A DNA stretch of 64,000 bases from NCBI GenBank assembly GCA_016217925.1, contig JACRFK010000005.1:44170-108169 (forward strand). The letters are read 5' to 3'. The translations under genes were made by a program, and so were the position numbers. This stretch comes from Candidatus Kaiserbacteria bacterium (GTDB taxonomy: Bacteria > Patescibacteriota > Minisyncoccia > Phycocordibacterales > UBA2100). Shown here piece by piece: positions 57,620 through 64,000 of this stretch (positions are counted from its first letter, which is position 1; every line of letters starts with the position of its first letter). The notes under the pieces were generated by a model, which saw only the letters and a list, made by a program, of their open reading frames with translations, was not told where the DNA came from and made no database searches.

Positions 57620-59947
57620 ATGGCCGAGCACACGTATCGCGTAAAAGGAATGCACTGCGCATCGTGCGCGGGCATCATTGAGAAGTCGCTCAAGAAAGTG
57701 GACGGCGTAGGGGATGTGCAGGTGAATTATGGCACGGAGACCGCCAGGGTTACGTTCGACGAAGTAAAAACAGATCATCAGCATCTTTCTCAAAAAGTCG
57801 AGCATCTCGGGTACTCGCTCGTTGCGCCAAAAGAGCAGTCCGTGAGCCACGCGGGGAGCCACGCGGGCATGTCTGCGGCCGATATGGGCATGTCGGAGAG
57901 CGAGCATGCGGCGCATCTCGGGCTCAACCAGACGAAAGAAGAAAAACTTGCCGAGCTCGCGGATATGAAATGGAAAGTCATTTCCGCCATACCACTCACC
58001 GTGTTCAGCGCTTTTGTGTTGGGGTGGGAGACGCTTGCGCAATTTAATGCCGCGCCCGCCGTTCCGTATTTGTGGGAAGAATTTTTCCATCACCTCCTGC
58101 CCATCGTGGCGACATACATGCTTTTTGTCGTGGGCAAACCGTACCTTCTCGGTTTCTACCGTTTCCTCCGCTACGGGCATGCCAATATGGATACGCTCAT
58201 CGGCTTGGGGACTTCCGCCGCTTTTCTCTACAGCTTCGCCGTTACCGCATTTGAAGAATCGCTTCGGCCGTATGTAGACGTCAGCGCCACGTACTATGAC
58301 GTGACGATCATCGTTATCGCTTTCATCGCGCTCGGCAAATATCTCGAAGCCCAGTCAAAATTGAAAACGGGGGATGCCATAGAGAAACTTTTGAATTTGC
58401 AGGCGAAAATGGCGCTCGTCGTCCGCGACGGCAAAGAGGTTGAGATTCCGGTGGACCAAGTCGTCCACGGCGAGCTCATCATTGTAAAACCTGCAGGAAA
58501 AATCCCCGTTGATGGAGTCCTTACCGAGGGTGAATCCTTTGTAGACGAATCGATGATTACGGGCGAGCCGATGCCTGTGAAAAAAGAAGCGGGCGACTCG
58601 GTTGTCGCGGGGACGATGAATACAAGCGGCGCGTTCACATTCAAAGCGACGAAAGTCGGCTCCGAAACAATGCTGGCGCATATCGTGAAAATGGTAGAGG
58701 AAGCGCAGGGGAGCCGCGCTCCCATACAAGCGCTTGCCGACAAGATTTCGGGCGTGTTCGTGCCTATCGTACTCGTCATCGCATTCGTCGCGCTCGCCAC
58801 GTGGCTCATCATCGGCTCCCAGTACCTCGGTTTTCCGCAGGCGCTTTCGTTCGGACTCGTGTCGTTCGTCGGCGTTCTCGTCATTGCGTGTCCGTGCGCA
58901 CTCGGCCTTGCGACGCCGACGGCCATCATCGTCGGCGTGGGCAAGGGAGCGAAGGAGGGAATACTGGTCAAAGACGCGGCGACGCTTGAGAAACTGCACA
59001 AAGTACGTGTCATCATCATGGACAAGACGGGGACGATTACCCGCGGCAAGCCGGAACTCGTATCAATAAAAAATCTATCCGAAAAGAGCGATACGGATAT
59101 CGTTGCGATTCTCGCGTCGCTCGAGAACAAATCCGAGCACCCCATCGCCCACGCCGTCGTTTCCTATGCAAAAGAGAAAAACATCGCGCTTTTGCCTGTG
59201 GATAAATTTGAAATAATCAAAGGAAAAGGGCTCGGCGGTGTCGTAGGCGGCGTTGCGTATCGCGTGGGAAGCGAGAAACTCGCCCGTGAGCTTGGTGCCG
59301 AGTTTGGCTCGCTTGAAAAAGACACATCCGAAGGCAAGACGCCCGTTATTCTTGCGGCAAACGGGCGTGCGCTCGCTGTCGTCATGGTCGCCGACCAAGT
59401 GAAGCCCGAAGCGGTACAAGCGGTGAAGGACCTACACGCGCTCGGTATCTCGGTGGTGATGGTCACGGGAGACGATAAGAATACGGCGCAATTCATCGCA
59501 AAACAGGTCGGCATTGATGAGGTGGTCGCGGAAGTGTTGCCGGAGGACAAGATGAACAAAATCAAAGAATTGCAGGCAAGCGGAACAATCGTTGCAATGG
59601 CGGGGGATGGGGTAAACGACGCGCCCGCGCTCGCGCAGGCCGATGTAGGAATCGCAATGGCGACGGGGACCGACGTCGCGATAGAGAGCGCCGGCATCAC
59701 GCTCCTCCGTGGCGATATCTCAAAACTCGTCAAAGCCGTGCGCCTCTCGAAAATAACCATGCGCGGCATCAAGCAAAACCTCTTTTGGGCGTTCATATAC
59801 AACATCGTGGGCATCCCTCTGGCAAGCGGCATACTCTTTCCCGTCTTCGGCTGGCTCCTCTCGCCCGTATTCGCGGGGTTCGCCATGGCAGGGTCGAGCG
59901 TGTCGGTCGTCGGCAACTCGCTTCGACTTAAGTCGAAAAAGTTGTAA
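57620..59947 (+). CDS. copA: Copper-exporting P1B-type ATPase
   Basis: [40 protein letters not shown]. Confidence 0.97.
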   Translation: MAEHTYRVKGMHCASCAGIIEKSLKKVDGVGDVQVNYGTETARVTFDEVKTDHQHLSQKVEHLGYSLVAPKEQSVSHAGSHAGMSAADMGMSESEHAAHLGLNQTKEEKLAELADMKWKVISAIPLTVFSAFVLGWETLAQFNAAPAVPYLWEEFFHHLLPIVATYMLFVVGKPYLLGFYRFLRYGHANMDTLIGLGTSAAFLYSFAVTAFEESLRPYVDVSATYYDVTIIVIAFIALGKYLEAQSKLKTGDAIEKLLNLQAKMALVVRDGKEVEIPVDQVVHGELIIVKPAGKIPVDGVLTEGESFVDESMITGEPMPVKKEAGDSVVAGTMNTSGAFTFKATKVGSETMLAHIVKMVEEAQGSRAPIQALADKISGVFVPIVLVIAFVALATWLIIGSQYLGFPQALSFGLVSFVGVLVIACPCALGLATPTAIIVGVGKGAKEGILVKDAATLEKLHKVRVIIMDKTGTITRGKPELVSIKNLSEKSDTDIVAILASLENKSEHPIAHAVVSYAKEKNIALLPVDKFEIIKGKGLGGVVGGVAYRVGSEKLARELGAEFGSLEKDTSEGKTPVILAANGRALAVVMVADQVKPEAVQAVKDLHALGISVVMVTGDDKNTAQFIAKQVGIDEVVAEVLPEDKMNKIKELQASGTIVAMAGDGVNDAPALAQADVGIAMATGTDVAIESAGITLLRGDISKLVKAVRLSKITMRGIKQNLFWAFIYNIVGIPLASGILFPVFGWLLSPVFAGFAMAGSSVSVVGNSLRLKSKKL

Positions 59948-59950
59948 TAT

Positions 59951-60370
59951 ATGCATATGCCGTCCCTGCTTACAAAGACCGTAACCCTCTTCGCCCTCGT
60001 GTCGCTTCTTTCGATAGTGTTTTTCAGTTTTAGCTTCATGGCGCGCGGGGTGGACGGGCAGATGCAAGGAGATTGTCCGTTTTCCATCATGGGAGTACCG
60101 ATCTGTCCACAGGATGCGTTTGCTGCGGCCGTCCATCACATTTCCGCGTATCAATCATTTCTCGCAGTGTTCGCAGGCTCCGGGATGACCGCCGTCGTCA
60201 TTGCGTTTCTTCTTGCTCTCTCCGCAGCGTTGTCGTTTCTCATCGCACCACTTTTGTACAAACCCCCGGAGCTGGCAAGAATTTTTTTCATAACTTTACC
60301 CACTGTTCGAAAAGATAGGAAGGAAATCCACTGGCTCTCATTGTTTGAGAACAGTCCCTCTATCGCCTAA
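59951..60370 (+). CDS. Hypothetical two-TM protein with a Cys/His loop
   Basis: CPF...CP..HH between TM helices; C-terminal WLSLFENSPS. Confidence 0.65.
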   Translation: MHMPSLLTKTVTLFALVSLLSIVFFSFSFMARGVDGQMQGDCPFSIMGVPICPQDAFAAAVHHISAYQSFLAVFAGSGMTAVVIAFLLALSAALSFLIAPLLYKPPELARIFFITLPTVRKDRKEIHWLSLFENSPSIA

Positions 60371-60404
60371 GAGCGCCAAAAAAGCGGACGCTTTTTTGGC
60401 GCTC
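60371..60404. terminator. Hairpin immediately after the stop codon
   Basis: gagcgccaaaaaagcg-ga-cgcttttttggcgctc. Confidence 0.65.
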
Positions 60405-60460
60405 ACGCTCGCTTACTGCGGGCTTTTTGCGATTACCACTCCACTAGGAAAATTCAAACT

Positions 60461-60976
60461 ATGAAACCAAAAACACTTACCTTCTCAGCTCTGTTCATTC
60501 TCCTCATCATCGGCCTGCTCGCTTGGGGCAATGCTGGAAAAGGCGGGGCCGCGGCCGTTCAGGGGGCATCCTCGACGAACGCGCCAAAAAGCTCGCTCGT
60601 TGCTCCCGAAGTATTCTACGACTTCGGCACCATCTCGATGAAGAACGGCAACGTCACAAAAGAATTCGCCGTGACCAATCCAACCGCTGAAGCCATTACT
60701 CTCGAAGCTGTATTCACGTCTTGTATGTGCACGACGGCCTTTATCGTGGGGCCGGACGGTGGCGTGAAGGGCCCCTTCGGCATGCCGGGTCATGGTGGTC
60801 CAGTTCCGCCCGCGAATGAGCTCGTCAAGGCCGGCGAGAGTCGCATTATTCGCGTCGTCTATGACCCCAATGCGCATGGCCCCGCCGGTGTCGGGCAGGT
60901 AGACAGATTCATAACTCTGGCCGATTCCTCTAACGGCACGCTTGAGTTAGAGATAAAGGCGAACGTGACTCCCTAA
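60461..60976 (+). CDS. DUF1573-like exported protein
   Basis: YDFGTI, TSCMCT, YDPNAHGPAG. Confidence 0.8.
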   Translation: MKPKTLTFSALFILLIIGLLAWGNAGKGGAAAVQGASSTNAPKSSLVAPEVFYDFGTISMKNGNVTKEFAVTNPTAEAITLEAVFTSCMCTTAFIVGPDGGVKGPFGMPGHGGPVPPANELVKAGESRIIRVVYDPNAHGPAGVGQVDRFITLADSSNGTLELEIKANVTP

Positions 60977-60977
60977 T

Positions 60978-61757
60978 ATGAACCGGATCCTTATTATCGG
61001 AGGCACGGTGGCCGCGTTCATTCTGGGGATACTCGTCCTGAAATTCAGTCCCGCCACCTCGTCGCTCATCTGGGCTGCGAGTGAGGGCGGGGCGTGGCTT
61101 CTTCCTCTCGTGCTCATCTCGTCGCTCCTCGACAGCGTGCATCCCTGCTCGTTCTCAATCCTTCTCATCACGATAGCGTTCCTCTTCGGGCTGCAGCTCT
61201 CGCGTGAAAAGATCCTGCAGATCGGGGGTGTCTACATTGCCGGCATCTTCGCGGCATACCTCGCGATAGGGCTTGGCGCGCTCAAGGTCTTGCACCTCTT
61301 CAACACGCCGCACTTCATGGGGAAGCTCGGTGCAACGCTGCTCATCATCTTCGGCATCATCACGCTCCTGAACCGATTCTTCCCGAACATGCCGCTCAAG
61401 CTCAAAATGCCGTCCGTTGTGCATCGGCCGATGGCGAAACTTCTGGAGCAAACGTCTCTCGCTGCGGCCTTCGGGCTGGGACTCTTGGTCGGCATCTGTC
61501 AATTCCCGTGCATGGGCGGGCCCTACCTTATGGTCATCGGGCTCCTGCGCGATCAGGTAACGTACATGAGCGGATTCTGGTACTTGCTTCTGTACAACCT
61601 CATCCTCATCGTTCCGCTCGTTCTTGTCTTGTGGTTCTCGTCGGATAAAACGGTGGTGGACAAGATGCAAGAGTGGAAGCGCGGCCATCTCTCGCGCGTA
61701 CGCCTCATTGCCGGTATCGCAATGATTCTCTTGGGTGCGCTTATCCTCGTAATCTAA
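60978..61757 (+). CDS. CcdA/DsbD-like membrane protein
   Basis: DSVHPCSF and CQFPCMGGPY. Confidence 0.82.
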   Translation: MNRILIIGGTVAAFILGILVLKFSPATSSLIWAASEGGAWLLPLVLISSLLDSVHPCSFSILLITIAFLFGLQLSREKILQIGGVYIAGIFAAYLAIGLGALKVLHLFNTPHFMGKLGATLLIIFGIITLLNRFFPNMPLKLKMPSVVHRPMAKLLEQTSLAAAFGLGLLVGICQFPCMGGPYLMVIGLLRDQVTYMSGFWYLLLYNLILIVPLVLVLWFSSDKTVVDKMQEWKRGHLSRVRLIAGIAMILLGALILVI

Positions 61758-61761
61758 CTCT

Positions 61762-62256
61762 ATGAACAACAAACAATCATCACAGGACCAATTCCTCGCC
61801 AAGATCGCCGCGCTCAAGGAAAAAAGCGGCGTCGACCTCTCGACCGGAGAAGACCTCTCGCTCGCGGTCATGAACCTCATCTCACTTGAAGAGCACTTCT
61901 TCTTCACGGGGGTGAAGACGCACAAGGACGAGTACTTCGATACGGTCCAGGAAATTCGCGAACTGCGTAAGTCGCTCCTCAAGGAGCTCATGCCAAACCA
62001 CGAAGGCGAGACGTGGTGTATCTCAAAGCATTTGCTCTCGACCACCATGCGTCTCGTGGAGGTCGGCAACAAATTGCAATCGGAGGGAAAGAAAGCAGAG
62101 GCAAAAAAGATGTTCGAGCACGCGTACAAGGTGTACTCCGTCTTCTGGGCGCTCAAGCTCAAACTTATCAGCGGCTCAACAATTAAAAATGTAGCGGCCG
62201 GCAGCACGACACTCGAAGACCTTGTGTCGAAGCTCGCTGACTGCTGCGACGAATAA
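61762..62256 (+). CDS. Hypothetical helical protein with possible metal ligands
   Basis: LEEH, WCISKH, C-terminal DCCDE. Confidence 0.75.
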   Translation: MNNKQSSQDQFLAKIAALKEKSGVDLSTGEDLSLAVMNLISLEEHFFFTGVKTHKDEYFDTVQEIRELRKSLLKELMPNHEGETWCISKHLLSTTMRLVEVGNKLQSEGKKAEAKKMFEHAYKVYSVFWALKLKLISGSTIKNVAAGSTTLEDLVSKLADCCDE

Positions 62257-62264
62257 TACACTTT

Positions 62265-63251
62265 ATGGAACTGGAACAACGCAATCAGGAAATTCAAGCG
62301 CAATCGGGTACGTCAGGGTTGAAAGAATATGCCGTGCCGATAGCGATCGTCATCGCGGGATTCATGCTTGCCGTGTCGTACTACCTAGTGCAAACGAATG
62401 CCGGGAGCGGGGCGCGTTTTGCGGTGCAAAACGCGCCCGCAAGCGCGCTCCAAGAAGCCGTCCTTCCGTCGGCGGGCGTTGAATTACCCGTCACTTGGGG
62501 CGACCTCGGCAAAAAGCTCGTCGATGCGGGAGCGATTGATGCGGCGGCCATGGAAAGTTTGTATCGAAATCGCGGCGGGATGCCCGCCGAGTATCGTACG
62601 CTTCTTAGCGGCTCGTCCGGCAAGAAACTCGTCATGACACAGGATAACGCGGGGTACCTACTGAATCTTCTGTGGGCGCTCGGGCTTGCCAACAAGAATC
62701 AGATACTTGAAGACAAAACGGAAATGATGAATCCGGAGTATGGCGGTGCGGGCAATTTCGCTTCGACCGGCGGCTGGACGATAGCAAAGGGCGATGCGAT
62801 GGAACATTACAATATGCACTCGCTCGTTACGCTTACCCCCGAACAGCAAAAACTCGTTGACAAAGTCTCCCGCAATATCTTCCGGCCGTGCTGCGGCAAT
62901 TCGACGCACTTTCCCGACTGCAATCACGGCATGGCGATGCTCGGCTTCTTGGAGCTCATGGCTTCGCAAGGGGTGAGCGAAGCTGATATGTACAAAGCGG
63001 CGCTCGCGGTGAATTCGTACTGGTTCCCCGACACGTACCTCACCATTGCGATGTACATGCAAGGCAAAGGTGTCGCATGGGAGGCGGTGTCGCCGAAAGA
63101 GGTGCTCGGCGCGGATTATTCGAGCGCGGCGGGATTTCAAGACATCTCGTCGCAAGTCAATGCTCCCTCAAATCGGGGCGGAGGCGGCGGCTGTGGCGTA
63201 GATGCCGGAGCACCTGTTGCACCGAAACAGCAAAGCGGATGCGGAGTGTAA
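62265..63251 (+). CDS. Hypothetical membrane-anchored Cys/His-motif protein
   Basis: N-terminal TM; RPCCGNSTHFPDCNHGMAM; GCGV twice at the C-terminus. Confidence 0.78.
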   Translation: MELEQRNQEIQAQSGTSGLKEYAVPIAIVIAGFMLAVSYYLVQTNAGSGARFAVQNAPASALQEAVLPSAGVELPVTWGDLGKKLVDAGAIDAAAMESLYRNRGGMPAEYRTLLSGSSGKKLVMTQDNAGYLLNLLWALGLANKNQILEDKTEMMNPEYGGAGNFASTGGWTIAKGDAMEHYNMHSLVTLTPEQQKLVDKVSRNIFRPCCGNSTHFPDCNHGMAMLGFLELMASQGVSEADMYKAALAVNSYWFPDTYLTIAMYMQGKGVAWEAVSPKEVLGADYSSAAGFQDISSQVNAPSNRGGGGGCGVDAGAPVAPKQQSGCGV

Positions 63252-63282
63252 TCTTAACAGTACACATACATTAAGATACATT

Positions 63283-63666
63283 ATGAAGTACGGATACAAA
63301 CGAAAAGTGCCGCTTCCCTTCGGGGAAGCGGTGGAGAAGGTGAGAGGCGAGCTTGCAAAGGAAGGTTTTGGCATCCTCACTGAAATAGATGTGAAAGCAA
63401 CGCTCAAGAAAAAGCTTGGCATCGAGTACGAAAACTACCTCGTTCTCGGCGCGTGCAACCCGCCGTTCGCGCTCAAAGCGCTCAAGGCGGAAAAAGACAT
63501 CGGCCTGCTCTTGCCATGCAATGTGGTCGTGTATGAGGAAAGCGGTGAGGTATTCGTCTCAGCGATACGTCCAACAGTAGCGATGGAGGTGGTCGGAAAC
63601 CCGTCTCTCGCCGATGTAGGGAAGACGGTGGAGGAGAAATTAAAGAAAGTAGTAGACGCAGTATAA
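63283..63666 (+). CDS. DUF302 family protein
   Basis: GFGILTEID, LGACNP, IGLLLPCNVVV. Confidence 0.9.
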   Translation: MKYGYKRKVPLPFGEAVEKVRGELAKEGFGILTEIDVKATLKKKLGIEYENYLVLGACNPPFALKALKAEKDIGLLLPCNVVVYEESGEVFVSAIRPTVAMEVVGNPSLADVGKTVEEKLKKVVDAV

Positions 63667-63688
63667 ATTATTAATCAGATTGAAATGT

Positions 63689-64000
63689 ATGAATAACAGC
63701 ATTTTACTTGTGACAGGCGGAGTTATTGGGGGATTACTCTTAGGGATTGTCTTTGCGGGAGCCACGTTCCCCGGAAGCCGCAGCGGGTATTTCGGAATGA
63801 TGGGCGGTAATCGAAACGCAGGCGGTATTCAGGCGATGGGCGCTATAGACAGGCACTTCATTGAACAAATGATTCCGCATCATGACGGGGCAATCGCGAT
63901 GGCGACGCTGGCTCTTGAGAAAGCCAAACGTCCCGAGATCAAAACCCTTGCAGAAGCTGTCATCAGGGACCAAAACAGGGAAATAGTGCAAATGAGGGGC
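63689..64000 (+). CDS. DUF305 family protein, 3'-truncated by the window edge
   Basis: MNNSILL..DRHFIEQMIPHHDGAIAMA..IRDQNREIVQM. Confidence 0.85.
   Translation, partial: MNNSILLVTGGVIGGLLLGIVFAGATFPGSRSGYFGMMGGNRNAGGIQAMGAIDRHFIEQMIPHHDGAIAMATLALEKAKRPEIKTLAEAVIRDQNREIVQMRG

Overview
A 64-kb chromosomal segment of a small-genome bacterium using the standard code (TGA is a stop). Gene content and style suggest Patescibacteria/CPR, probably Parcubacteria; this is inference. It holds Cys-rich PKD surface proteins, recG, two-component genes, comF, a full type IV pilus cluster (pilM-N-O-B-T-C, pilins, pilD), ligA, asparaginase-gatC-gatA, prfB, ftsEX, pyrG, guaB, a thiol-redox cluster and a CsoR-CopA copper locus. 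There are seven tRNAs; the initiator tRNA-fMet is split by a 232-nt group I intron. The most unusual signals lie mainly outside the annotated ORFs. (1) Two structured elements about 1 kb downstream of tRNA-Ser and tRNA-fMet each carry an inverted copy of their own tRNA's 3' end, split at the same position by a covarying 25-nt hairpin. (2) A CCCCGTTAGA..TCTAACGGGG miniature element inserts into ATG start codons with a TGNN duplication that rebuilds an in-frame GTG. (3) A second miniature element always begins at a TAG stop codon. (4) Three free-standing putative homing endonucleases each abut a tRNA. (5) Heptamer repeats sit in minor-pilin leaders. (6) Leaderless-type promoters are pervasive. 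A 1114-aa cysteine-desulfurase-like fusion lies next to TrmB-like, short RelA-like and HD genes between tRNAs. All assignments come from reading motifs by eye; no database search was run.
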